From contig CAVYKI010000009.1 of assembly GCA_963769025.1 (NCBI GenBank), positions 416,001 through 480,000 of the forward strand: DNA of 64,000 nucleotides, in the 5' to 3' direction. This document shows, piece by piece, positions 1 to 10,015 of the stretch. Position 1 is the stretch's first letter. The number at the start of each line of letters is the position of its first letter. Source of the stretch: an uncultured Verrucomicrobiae bacterium. GTDB lineage: Bacteria > Verrucomicrobiota > Verrucomicrobiia > Chthoniobacterales > Chthoniobacteraceae. The notes under the pieces were generated by a model. It was not told the DNA's origin. It ran no database searches and worked only from the letters and a program-made list of their open reading frames with translations. The position numbers were made by a program, and so were the translations under genes.

Positions 1-5
1 CTTCG

Positions 6-28
6 GGTTCATCCGGGGAGTGATGGCT
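6..28 (+). repeat. Left inverted repeat of the IS
   Basis: Exact reverse complement of 1269-1291; starts with GG as ISL3 ends usually do. Confidence 0.95.
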
Positions 29-59
29 TACAGGGGTTGGGAAGTGGTAGAAGGGAGGG

Positions 60-1270
60 ATGAGCCAGAGCCTTTTGTATCATGCGTTTGGGGTCCGTGA
101 AGGGTATGAATATGTGAAGACCGGGTACGTGGAGGGGCGGGTGGAGTTTCATCTGGCGGTGAAGGAGGAGGAGCTGGTCTGCCCGAAGTGTGGGGCCGGA
201 CCGGCGATGCGGCGTGGCAAGCGTTGGCGGCGCATTCGCACGGTGCCCATTGGGCTCAAGGAAGTGGTGCTGGTGGCTGAGGTGCCGCGCTGCCAGTGCC
301 GGGTGTGCGGGCATGGGTTCGAGGTGGCCCCCTTTTTGCCCCGGCCTACGCGCACTACACGCATGGGCTCGCGGAGTTCGCCTGCGAGCTGAGCCGTTTC
401 ATGACGCTCTCGGAGGTGGCGGCGCTGGCGCATCTGGGGTGGGACACCGTCAAGGAGATCGTCAAGGCCGACCTGCGGCGGCGCTATGCGCGCATCCCGC
501 TGCGGGAGGTCCGGCGGCTGGCCATTGATGAAATCCATCTGGGCAAGAAGGCGAAGTTCCTCACGCTGGTCATCGATCTGGACACCGGTCGCATCCTCTG
601 GGTGGCCAAGGGGCGCGGCGGGGATGCACTGCGCAAGTTCTGGCGGCGGCTGCGGCTGGCCAGGGCACACATCGAGGCGGTGGCCTGCGACATGAGTGCC
701 GCCTACTGGAGCGCCATCCTCGAACACCTGCCAGGGGCGGCCATCGTCTTCGACCACTTCCACATCATCAAACTGGCCAATGAAAAGATCGACGACCTGC
801 GGCGCGCCCTCCAGCGCGAGGCCGAGGTGCTCGGCTACCAGACCCTCAAAGGCTCCCGCTACCTGCTGCTCACGGGCAGCGAGAAGCTCACCGAGGACAA
901 ACGCGACAGACTCGCCGAGGCCCTGCGCTTCAACCAACCGCTCTCCACCGCCTACTATCTCAAGGAAGAACTGCGCCTGCTCTGGAGCCGCGGCACCCGG
1001 GACGCCATGCGCCGCTTCCTGGAGCGCTGGATCGCCCGCGCATTGGGCAGCGGCATCCGCCAGATGGAAGGCCTGGCCAGGACCCTGCGCGCCCACGCCG
1101 CCGGCATCCTCAACTACTTCGAGCACCCCATCTCCAGCGGCAAACTCGAAGGCATCAACAACAAGGTCGGAGCCATGACTCGCGCCGCATACGGCTATCG
1201 CGACATCGAGTTCCTTCATCTCAAACTCTACAGCCTCCATGAATCCTCCCTCAAACTCAGCGGCGTTTAG
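60..1270 (+). CDS. ISL3-family transposase, split by a -1 frameshift near 328-337
   Basis: ORF 60-392 has a zinc finger (CPKC...CRVC). ORF 296-1270 has an HTH and the DDE motifs IDE, CDMSAAY, FDHFH and SGKLEGINNK...AYGYRD. Confidence 0.92.
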
Positions 1271-1291
1271 CCATCACTCCCCGGATGAACC
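1269..1291 (-). repeat. Right inverted repeat of the IS
   Basis: AGCCATCACTCCCCGGATGAACC; overlaps the transposase stop codon. Confidence 0.95.
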
Positions 1292-1463
1292 GGCCTTCGG
1301 AGGTAGGGAGCAGCCATGCGCCTTCAAAATGCCTTTCCAGTGAGCCTGTCTCGGTTTTGCGAACGCCATGCAAGTAGGCGAGACATTGCTCGGAAAGGGT
1401 GATAGCACGCTCAGCAGCACCAGTGTGGGTGTGCATATAGGAGGGAGGGGTAGTAGGTTTCAT
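1292..1463 (-). pseudogene. Possible 5' part of a gene interrupted by the IS
   Basis: Open frame MKPTTPPSYMHTHTG...WLLPTSEG runs straight into the IS end; no recognisable family. Confidence 0.35.
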
Positions 1464-1587
1464 ATGGAGCGCAGGCGCACGCGTGACATTGCTCATTTTG
1501 GATGAACGTGCGGTTCTTGCCCCGCTGCAAAGCCCGGTTGACAGATGTCGCTCAATCGAACAAAAGGCGCATCATGAATCCGACCCC

Positions 1588-2451
1588 ATGAATTCCTTCT
1601 TGAAAATCGTGATGATTTCCCTCCCGGTAGCCATGTTGGCTATCGCAGGATATGGTCTGTTGCAACGCTGGGAGACGAACGATTGGGCCTCATATTTCCA
1701 AGGCGCGGCTGTAGCTGCTGCCGTTCAAATATATCTGGTTTCAAACGTTGACAGCAGCCGACGGGAAAATGAAATTGCGAACCGGGAACTCTATCAGCGG
1801 TTCGAATTTGCATCGATCGACATTTTCCGGTTCGAGGCCCAGCACGTTGAGCTTATCGGTCCGCTATGGGTGAAGGATGCAGAACTTCCGAAGGAGGGAA
1901 GCGCAGACCGTATTGCCTTCATGAATTACGTTTGCCAAATGATGAACCTTTTCGAGATGGGTGTTTATTTCAGAAAACGCGCGATTGTGCCTGCGGACAT
2001 CTTCGGGAGCTGGGTGGCTTGGTTTTTTTCGGTCTCGCAGGCCCCTGGATTCCCTGCAATTTGGAAAGCCATTGAGAATGATTATATCGGCGAGCTTTCG
2101 CAAATTATGAGGGCTGGTTTCATACTTAACGTATGGGAGACTGGCGCCAGTGCGATCGAGCGGCGGGGACTCTTCGAGGGTTTGCAGCAGTTGTCGCGAC
2201 AGAATCGTGCGCGAGCCAGGAAATGGTTTCGCTGGCGCGCAGGGCCGGGTCTCTTCCCGCGTCGCCTCGAAACGCCGGTGACAAGGGAAGAGTTGCCACA
2301 CAAATGGCATGAAATCCCTGATCTGTCGCTTCACCACGATGGTTCATTGAAAGCAAAAGTATTCTATCACTGCGTCGGTGAACTGTTTGATTGCAACACG
2401 GTGCGCAATTGGCTCCAGCGGGAGAGAAATGAGATATGGGCAGCGTCGTGA
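1588..2451 (+). CDS. Hypothetical membrane protein: two N-terminal hydrophobic segments plus a helical domain (DUF4760-like NLFE motif, tentative)
   Basis: Long ORF in lower-GC DNA; ATG at 1588; motifs YQRFEFASIDIFRFE and NYVCQMMNLFE. Confidence 0.75.
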   Translation: MNSFLKIVMISLPVAMLAIAGYGLLQRWETNDWASYFQGAAVAAAVQIYLVSNVDSSRRENEIANRELYQRFEFASIDIFRFEAQHVELIGPLWVKDAELPKEGSADRIAFMNYVCQMMNLFEMGVYFRKRAIVPADIFGSWVAWFFSVSQAPGFPAIWKAIENDYIGELSQIMRAGFILNVWETGASAIERRGLFEGLQQLSRQNRARARKWFRWRAGPGLFPRRLETPVTREELPHKWHEIPDLSLHHDGSLKAKVFYHCVGELFDCNTVRNWLQRERNEIWAAS

Positions 2452-2954
2452 TATCCTGGGCGACCCGGAATTCTGACGTCGAGGCGTTGGTGCGGCTGTT
2501 CGTCGACAACACAGACTCGGTGTATATCTCACACGGGGAGATCCAAGGCGGAAGAGCGGTATCGATAGGTGAATGGGCTACCGACTTGGAGCGGGTGCTT
2601 GCTAATGAGTTTTCCGGAATTCTTGATGGATCTCCCAGCGGTTCAAGCTGGCGAGGATTGCTCACAGCCGCTGACGGAGGCAAGCACGTCGGATTAATGG
2701 TAGTCTCGGCCACGAAAGAATGCAAAGGCAGGCCGTATGCGACGCTTGAAGACATCGTTGTCGCGAAGGACGCACGGGGCAGGCGCATTGCCTCATTGAT
2801 GCTCGCCGCGTTCGAGCAGCACCTTAGGACAGAAGGAATTTTTCAGATCTTCCTGGAGTCCAGCATCCAAAACACGGGAGCCCATAAGGTTTTGAGCCAT
2901 TTGGGATTTGAAGCTTGTTCTGTCGTGATGGCCAAGACCATTGCACGTCATTGA
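2436..2954 (+). CDS. GNAT-family N-acetyltransferase
   Basis: Acetyl-CoA motif A (LEDIVVAKDARGRRIAS) and N..A...L..LGF motif; overlaps the upstream gene. Confidence 0.88.
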   Translation: MGSVVISWATRNSDVEALVRLFVDNTDSVYISHGEIQGGRAVSIGEWATDLERVLANEFSGILDGSPSGSSWRGLLTAADGGKHVGLMVVSATKECKGRPYATLEDIVVAKDARGRRIASLMLAAFEQHLRTEGIFQIFLESSIQNTGAHKVLSHLGFEACSVVMAKTIARH

Positions 2955-3000
2955 GCCGAATGCGTCATCCGCTGCCGTTGTCACCTAGCACTTCAATAAT

Positions 3001-3924
3001 TTGAGCTCCGTTGTAACGCCGATCACATGTGGTTCCTGTGGGGGCCCATCAAGGGTAATGGGAACCGAAGAGTTCCGTTGCAACTACTGCGGGTCGCGAA
3101 ACAGGGTCAATCAGGAGGTAGTGCTCTTTGTCGATCGGCACCGTGGTTTTGCCTCCGGACCGGCGAGACTCGTAGAGCCGCTCACAGGTTTGGTTCAGGC
3201 CATCGCCTCGTTGAGGTCTCGTAAAAGTGCTGATATGGACCGACTGGCTTCACAGCTCCGGGCCATTCTCAAGGAGCATGAGGAAGCGGTTTCTTTTTCG
3301 AACGCGGCCAAGGCAAATATGAGTGAAGCGCGCACCCGCGCCGAGGCCGCCATTTTCCGTGCTGCATTCGCACTTATCTCCGTAATTCTAATATTTCTGT
3401 GGCTGCAAGGGGCAGTCCAGCTCCCTTGGTATAAGAAAATTCTGCCGTTAATCGTTACCGGGATGATTGTTTGCGCTGGAGGGGGGGCGAGTATTGCGGC
3501 GGCATTGCTCTCATTGTTCAGCTACAAGGTGGGGGTTTTGGCGTGCGCGGTCGCTGGATCTTGGAGTTTACGTGAGTTTTGGTATTATCCCACTTTGGTC
3601 AAGGCAGCCTCGAAAGCCTGCGACATCAAAGAGAGCGAGCTCACGACCGCTGAACGCGAACTTAAAGCCAGGGCCGAGGAGGTATTTGCAGCTCACCGAC
3701 CTCTGATTTCTGTGGCATTGGAGTTTCTTAATTGTCTGTATGTCTTTCGTGCGTTGGAAGATGAAATTCCTATTGGCGTGAGAATGGATCATGCAGTTTC
3801 CGCCTTGAACGATATGACCTTCAGTTCGATTGTAGAAGACTGTGAAGGGTTGAAGAATGTTATCGAAAGAACGGAGAGCGCGCTGAAACTCAGCCTTGAT
3901 GACGTCAAGTTTCGAAACACCTAG
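3001..3924 (+). CDS. Hypothetical zinc-ribbon membrane protein (start uncertain)
   Basis: N-terminal CGSCGG...CNYCGS, coiled-coil-like segments, central hydrophobic helices. Confidence 0.7.
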   Translation: MSSVVTPITCGSCGGPSRVMGTEEFRCNYCGSRNRVNQEVVLFVDRHRGFASGPARLVEPLTGLVQAIASLRSRKSADMDRLASQLRAILKEHEEAVSFSNAAKANMSEARTRAEAAIFRAAFALISVILIFLWLQGAVQLPWYKKILPLIVTGMIVCAGGGASIAAALLSLFSYKVGVLACAVAGSWSLREFWYYPTLVKAASKACDIKESELTTAERELKARAEEVFAAHRPLISVALEFLNCLYVFRALEDEIPIGVRMDHAVSALNDMTFSSIVEDCEGLKNVIERTESALKLSLDDVKFRNT

Positions 3925-4005
3925 TTGAGTAGCTGCAAGAATATCCGCCACGCAAGTAGTGCGCTGGATGGCTTGTTGTCCACTGCAGGCTTCCCGGAGC
4001 GGGCG

Positions 4006-7000
4006 CTAGCGGTTGAAGAGGAACGCGGGTGTGTTTACGAGCGCCCAGACGAGATCCTGCGCGCCGGTGAGTCGGGGGTTCGCGAGCTGGGTCTTGCTCT
4101 GCGCGGCGTCGGCGCGGAGCTGGAGGAGCTTGGGATCGATGCGGATGGGGAGCTCGGCCTTGGCGAGGACGGCGCGGCGGTCGATAACGCCCGGGTCGGT
4201 CGGCAGCGGGAATTGGTTCTTCGCGAGGGTGAGCCGGCGCTTGCGGAGCTCGGGATCGTTCTCGTTCCAGTACGCGGCGATGGCGGCCTTGTCGTCCTTG
4301 CTGCGGAGTTGCGCGGGCTTCTTCAGCGCCTCGGTGACGGCGATGGGGAGGCCGATGTTGAGAGGCGCATTTCCGGTGGTGACGTAGATGCGGAAGCGCG
4401 CGATGGAGAATCCCGCGGGGCGCGGCTGGTTCAGGTCGAAGCGCAGGCGCAGGCCCTTCTTGTCGTCGCCGATGGGCTTCGCCAATGAGAACGCGGCGTA
4501 GTGCGGCACGCCAAACTGCGGGCTGATGGCCCAGCCGTTGTTGGCGTCGCCCTTCTTGTCGTCGATGGCCTTCGCCACTTCGAAGCTCGCCTGGCTGATG
4601 TCGGCGACGGCGCCGTTGAATTTCGCGTCGTCCGCCTGTCTCGCTGCGCCGAACGGGCCGGTCTTGAGGCCGATTTCGCCGAGCACGAAATTGCCGGCGG
4701 AGTACCCGGGGCCGAAAGCGGGAGCGGCGGCGTCGGTCAGCACCTCGATCATCACTCCGGTGATTCCCGCGAGCTTCGTATCCGCGAGCACGGTGTAATC
4801 CGTATTCCTCGCGGCCGGGCCGCTGGCCTTGATGGAGCCGTCGGGCAGCTTCACGAGTTCGACTCCGCCGGCGGCCTTCGGGTCGATCAGATCGAGCGGC
4901 ACCCAGCCGGTGTAGGTTTTTGCGATGGGCACCGTGGCCTCGAACTGCGCCTGCGCGGCCGCGAGGGTCTTCTGCTCGTAGTCTTTCACCGCGGTGGTCG
5001 CGGCGAGCACGGATTCCTTCCGCTTCTTCTCGGCCTCGGCGACCTTCGGCGCGATTTCCTTTTCGTGCCGGGCGAGTTCCTTCTTCGCCGCGTCGATGGC
5101 CGCGACGCGCTCGGCCTCGTGCTTCGCGATGATCGGGGCCTGCTCCATTTCCTTTTCGTCCAAGACTGCGACCAGATTTCTGTGCTCCTGCTCGATGATG
5201 GCCCATGACTCCAGCGCTTTTGCGATTTCGCCGTCCGTGGCGGGGCGGTTCAGCACGCGGGTGAAAATCTCGTCCACGAGTTTGCGGTCATCGGGCTGTG
5301 CGGTGACGAGCTTTGGCAGTGCATTGCCCGGGTCGCCGATGGCGTCGGCGATGGCCGGGCCGCTGAGGAGCGCCAGTCACGCTGCCGAGGCGCAGGTCGC
5401 TGTTGCGTTCGCATTCGCAGGAACTCTCGCGCGCGGGGCGGCCGGCATTGGCGAGGAAGCCGCTCGGCAGGTCCGACTGCGAATCCGCGAGCATCGAGGC
5501 GCCGACGCCGCCGGGGAGGCGCGAGCTCGCGCCGGTGACCTTCAGCACGGAATCGTAGAGCACTTCCGCGGGCAGCCGGCGCGCGAGCGCGTGCGAGTAG
5601 TTCGTCCGGTCGTCATCGTTCCACTTGTTCGTCTTGAGCGCGAGCTGGTAGGTGCGGGATTTGCAGATCTCGCGCAGCATGTGGCGCACGTCGAAGCCGT
5701 GGCTGATGAATTCCTTCGTCAGGTATTCGAGCAGCTCCGGGTTCGTCGCGGGGTTGCCGGCGCGGATGTCGTCGAGCGGTTCGATGATGCCGGCTCCGAG
5801 CAGGTAGCCCCATTGGCGGTTCACGTAGCTGGAGGCAAAGTAGCGGTTGTCCGGGAGACGTGATCCACTCGGCGAGTTGCTCGCGGCGCGGCAGCGGTTT
5901 TTCGCCTTCGCAGGCGCCTCGATCTTTGCGGGGAAGGGGAACGTGGGCTCGGCGACCTTGTTCGTGCGCAGGTGGATCATCTCGCCGTTCGGCGTGTCCT
6001 TCACGATTTCAAACAGCGCCTTCGCCTTTTCCACCGCGCTGCCCGCGAGCTTCGCGCCGCCTGCCGCGGGATCATCCGCAAACGACACCTGCGAAAAGAA
6101 TGCGCCGAGGTGGTAATACTGATCCTGCGTCCAGCGCTCGAAGGGATGGTCGTGGCACTTGTTGCAGTTGAAGCGCGTGGCGAGGAAAAGGTGCGTCGTA
6201 TTCTCCATCGTCTCCGCCGGGTCGCGGAGGATCTTCCAATAGCTCGCCGCGGGGTTCTCCTTGTTGGAGCCGGATGCGGTGAGGATTTTTTTGACGAACT
6301 GGTCGTAAGGCGTGTTGTCCTCGACCTCCTTGCGGATCCAGTCGCGGAAGAGCTGCACGCCCTGCGCGCCGAGGAACTTCGAGTTCACCTGCAGCAGGTC
6401 GCTCCATTTGTTCGTCGCGTGCTCGATGTATCCTGGCGAGCCGATCAGCTTGTCGATGACCGCGTCGCGCTTCTCGCGCATCGGCGTCGTGTCGGCGAGG
6501 AATGCGCGCACTTCCTCCGCAGTCGGCGGCATGCCGGTGAGGTCGAGATACACGCGGCGCAGGAAGTCGGCATCGCTGCAGACACCGGACGGCTCGATCT
6601 TCATGCGCTGCCACTTGGCGGCGACGAGTTCATCGATGCGTCCCCATGTCTCCGGCTGCTTCCACGTGAAGCCGCTGCGGTCGCCCATCACCGTGACCGT
6701 CGTCGCAGCGTAGTTCCCCTCGTAGCGCGCGAGCACCGGGGCCTCGCCGCGGCGAAGCGTGGTGATGAGGCCGTTGCCCTCGGGCAGCGCGCCCGCGACG
6801 TCGCCGTTGCCGCTCTCCACAAATGCCTCGGCCGTGACATCGCGCGTCTTGCCATCGGAAAAAGTCGCGACCACGCGGAACTGCTGCCACGCGCCCGGCT
6901 CGGGCACGACGGGATTTTTCGGAAACACCTCGATGCTTTTTACCCGCACGACACCGAGGTCGAGCTTCGCGCCGTCGGCGATCCATGCGCGCATGATTTC

Positions 7001-7651
7001 GTAATACTTCTCGCCGAGCTTCGTGCGCTGCCCGCCCTCGTGCGGCACGCCGCTGGTCGCCTTCAGGAGCATCAGCGAATCATCCGGTGACGCCGCATTC
7101 AGGCGCCGGCCCGCGAGATCGTCCTTCAGCGAACGGACGTCAAAAAGCGGATCGTAGCCGCGCAGCGAGAGCTTGAAGCCATACTTGCCGTCCTTCGCGC
7201 CGTGGCACGTGCCGGCGTTGCAGCCGAGCTTCGTCATCACGGGATTTACGTCGCGGATGAAATCCACGGCCACCTTGTCCGTGACGCCGGACACCTCCAC
7301 CGGCGCCGAGGCCTTCTGCCCGGAGAGTTCCACGGTCAGTGTTGCCGTGCCGTTCTTCCGCGCCTCGATGTGTCCGTATTTGGAAATTTCCGCGCAGGCT
7401 CCTCCGAGGCGGAGCGTCGCGAGACGGGTGACATCCGTCAGTTCGCCAGATGCCAGCTTCGCCGTCACGAGCACCTGCGCCGCCGCAAATTTTCCGTCCA
7501 GCGACACCTTTGCCGGCTCGATGGTGAGCGAGACGATCTTCTGCTTCGGCATCGCCTCCGCGGCGGGAGCGGGCATCATCGCTTCCGGTGCCGCATGGAG
7601 CAGCGGCAGGAGCGAAAGGGTGGCGAACAGGGACAGGGAGGCGCGTTTCAT
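4006..7651 (-). CDS. DUF1549/DUF1553 (PSCyt2/PSD1) protein with Ig-like domains; frameshifts near 5895, 5858 and 5377
   Basis: Signal peptide; motifs [50 protein letters not shown]-terminal [13 protein letters not shown]. Confidence 0.9.
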
Positions 7652-7900
7652 CGGGAAGGGGTTTGGCGAAGAGAGAACCGGGGTGGCAGGGGACTCTTAG
7701 CATGGACGGAGCGAATGAATACTGCAGATGCGCCCGAGTTCTTCCTTCTCCGCCACCGCCGCAGGATGACGTGCCCAAGTGAGGCGTTTCCGGGACCAAC
7801 ACCGGATTCCAAGGATGGCGCGATCCCGCGCCGGTGAGCCGGGGAGCAAGCGGGGACGGAGCAGCCCGGCCACCCGCGTTCCCGGCACCACGCGATCCTG

Positions 7901-8950
7901 CTATTTGTCTGGAGTGCCCTGCCTGACGGCTTCCTGCAACATCCCGAAAACGGAGGTCACCACGCTGGGAATGTTGACGATGTCGGGATCGACGCTCCGG
8001 AGCCATTCGGTGAACTTGTCTTTGTTCCCGGAGGTGGATGTGGTGCGCTCGCTGAGGCCTTCGTCGGCGACGGCGATGAGGAATTCCTTGAGGTGCCGCT
8101 GATGGACGTCCTGCAGGTCGATGAAGATCGTGAAGAGCGCATCATCGAGCTTCTTGTCGACCCACATCTCGGCCGCCTTGCGGATGAGGTTGCCGGTGGC
8201 GGTGCTGGATTCGGCGTTCCGGAGCTTGAATCGGCCGACGAGGAAAAGCACGAGCTGCGCGCGCGCCTCGCTCTGGGCGCGCTCAAGCTCGCTCGGGGTC
8301 ATGCTTTTGAGTTCGATCCATCGCTTTGAAAATGTGGGCCGGTAGGCGCCATTCTCCACGGAGCGGTCGTTGATGGCGTGGATGCACGACGCGAGCGTGA
8401 TGGTCGTGCCGACGCAGTCCGCCTGGCGGTAGTGGACGGCGGCAGTGTCGGCCTGCCGGAGTGCGTGGATGAGGACGGGCTGGAACTGGCGGATTTTGGC
8501 GTTGATACGTTCGATTTCCGTGCGGCAGTTGTCGGCGTTGCGAAGGGCATTGCTGACGTTCACGGTATTCGGCTGCCCGGTGAGACGGTTCGGCTTTTTC
8601 CATTCCTCCGCCGCGCGTTCCCACTGGATGATGCGTTTGTTCAGCTCCCCGATTTCGGCCTTGGGCTGGGTCACCAGCTTCCGTTCGTTGCCGAAGATGT
8701 CCTCGATGATGTTGGCAAGGCCGAGGAGGACGTTCCTGTCCGCGATTTTTGGATTTTTGCCCAGCGTCCTGAGTTCGGCTGCGGTCTTGGCAATGGTCTG
8801 GTAATCCGCAAATGCGAGGTTCCGGAGCAGCGAACTGATGCTGGCGGATTCGAGGAGCGGCTTGAACGTTGCCTGTGTCTCGCCGTGGGCAGGTGCGATG
8901 GCGGTGAGGACGAGTGCGGCGATGCAGGCGTAATACGTTCGGGTATTCAT
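7901..8950 (-). CDS. Hypothetical secreted helical/coiled-coil protein
   Basis: ~349-aa ORF with signal peptide MNTRTYYACIAALVLTAIAPAHG; no family recognised. Confidence 0.7.
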   Translation of the reverse strand: MNTRTYYACIAALVLTAIAPAHGETQATFKPLLESASISSLLRNLAFADYQTIAKTAAELRTLGKNPKIADRNVLLGLANIIEDIFGNERKLVTQPKAEIGELNKRIIQWERAAEEWKKPNRLTGQPNTVNVSNALRNADNCRTEIERINAKIRQFQPVLIHALRQADTAAVHYRQADCVGTTITLASCIHAINDRSVENGAYRPTFSKRWIELKSMTPSELERAQSEARAQLVLFLVGRFKLRNAESSTATGNLIRKAAEMWVDKKLDDALFTIFIDLQDVHQRHLKEFLIAVADEGLSERTTSTSGNKDKFTEWLRSVDPDIVNIPSVVTSVFGMLQEAVRQGTPDK

Positions 8951-9163
8951 TTGGTGCAGGTCAGTGATTCCAATCTTTGGAGGGATTCCTGCGCTCGATT
9001 GCAGAGAAACGAACTGAATGTCAAAAATGAACGGCATTCCGAGTGCGTGAGCGACTGGCATTCGCGCCGGACCCGCGGCACGCACGGGAAGGAAAGGCTT
9101 GCCGCCGTGATCCCCCTAAGACAAACGGAGCGCCCGCATTCATTCCGCCACACCCTCAATCCC

Positions 9164-10006
9164 ATGAAACGCTCCTCCTTCCTCGCCCTCGTCATCGCAG
9201 CCACGCTCGGTCTCCCCGCAATTGCCGCGGAGAAGGCGAAACCGCTGCGCGTCCTGCTCATCACCGGTGGCTGCTGCCATGACTACGTGGCGCAGAAGGA
9301 CATTCTGAAAAAGGGAATCGAGGCGCGTGCGAACGTGCTCGTGGAGCAGATGCACACGGACGACAAGAGCGTGAAGCCGCCGCTCCCGCTGTATGGGAAC
9401 CCGGATTACGCGAAGGGCTTCGACGTGGTGATCCACGACGAGTGCTCGGCGGGCATCTCGGACCCGGCGGTCATCGCGGGCGTGCTGAAGCCGCACGCGG
9501 ACGGACTGCCCGGTGTGAACCTGCATTGCGCGATGCACTCGTACCGCTTCGGCGATTTCCAGAAGCCCGTCACGCCCGGCGCGGACAATGCGCACTGGTT
9601 TGAATACCTCGGCCTCCAGTCCACCGGCCACGGCCCGCAGGAGCCGGTCGCGATCACCTTCACCGCGAAGGACTCGCCGATCGTGAAGGGTCTCGAGGAC
9701 TGGACGACGATCAAGGAGGAGCTCTACAACAACATCCAGATGCTCACCGGCAAGGAACTCGCGAAGGGCAAGCAGATCACGAAGGCCAAGGACGGGACGA
9801 CGAAGGAGACGGAGACGGTCGTGGCATGGACAAATGAATACGGACCGAAGAAGACGCGCGTCTTCAGCACGACGATCGGCCACAACAATGCCACTGTGGA
9901 AGACGCCCGGTATCTCGATCTCGTGACGCGCGGCCTGCTCTGGTCCGCTGGCAAGCTGAACGACGACGGCACGCCCGCAAAGGGCTACGGCCCCGGCGGG
10001 AAGTAG
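9164..10006 (+). CDS. ThuA-like (trehalose utilisation / GATase-like fold) secreted protein
   Basis: Signal peptide; LRVLLITGGCCHDY, LHCAMHSYR, KEELYN, RVFSTTIGHNN. Confidence 0.88.
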   Translation: MKRSSFLALVIAATLGLPAIAAEKAKPLRVLLITGGCCHDYVAQKDILKKGIEARANVLVEQMHTDDKSVKPPLPLYGNPDYAKGFDVVIHDECSAGISDPAVIAGVLKPHADGLPGVNLHCAMHSYRFGDFQKPVTPGADNAHWFEYLGLQSTGHGPQEPVAITFTAKDSPIVKGLEDWTTIKEELYNNIQMLTGKELAKGKQITKAKDGTTKETETVVAWTNEYGPKKTRVFSTTIGHNNATVEDARYLDLVTRGLLWSAGKLNDDGTPAKGYGPGGK

Positions 10007-10015
10007 GCGCCGCGC

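Larger units (their letters stand above)
6..1291 (+). mobile_element. Complete ISL3-family insertion sequence (1286 bp)
   Basis: Perfect 23-bp terminal IRs (GGTTCATCCGGGGAGTGATGGCT at 6-28, reverse complement at 1269-1291). Right flank GGCCTTCG (1292-1299) ends in CTTCG, identical to bases 1-5, consistent with an 8-bp target duplication. ISL3 transposase inside. Confidence 0.93.

Noticed and set aside
2436..2954. GNAT toxin of a type II toxin-antitoxin pair
   Set aside because: The upstream gene is a membrane protein, not a small ribbon-helix-helix antitoxin.
8378..9163. N-terminal extension of the 542-aa ORF
   Set aside because: Antisense to the 7901-8950 gene; the signal peptide starts at 9164.
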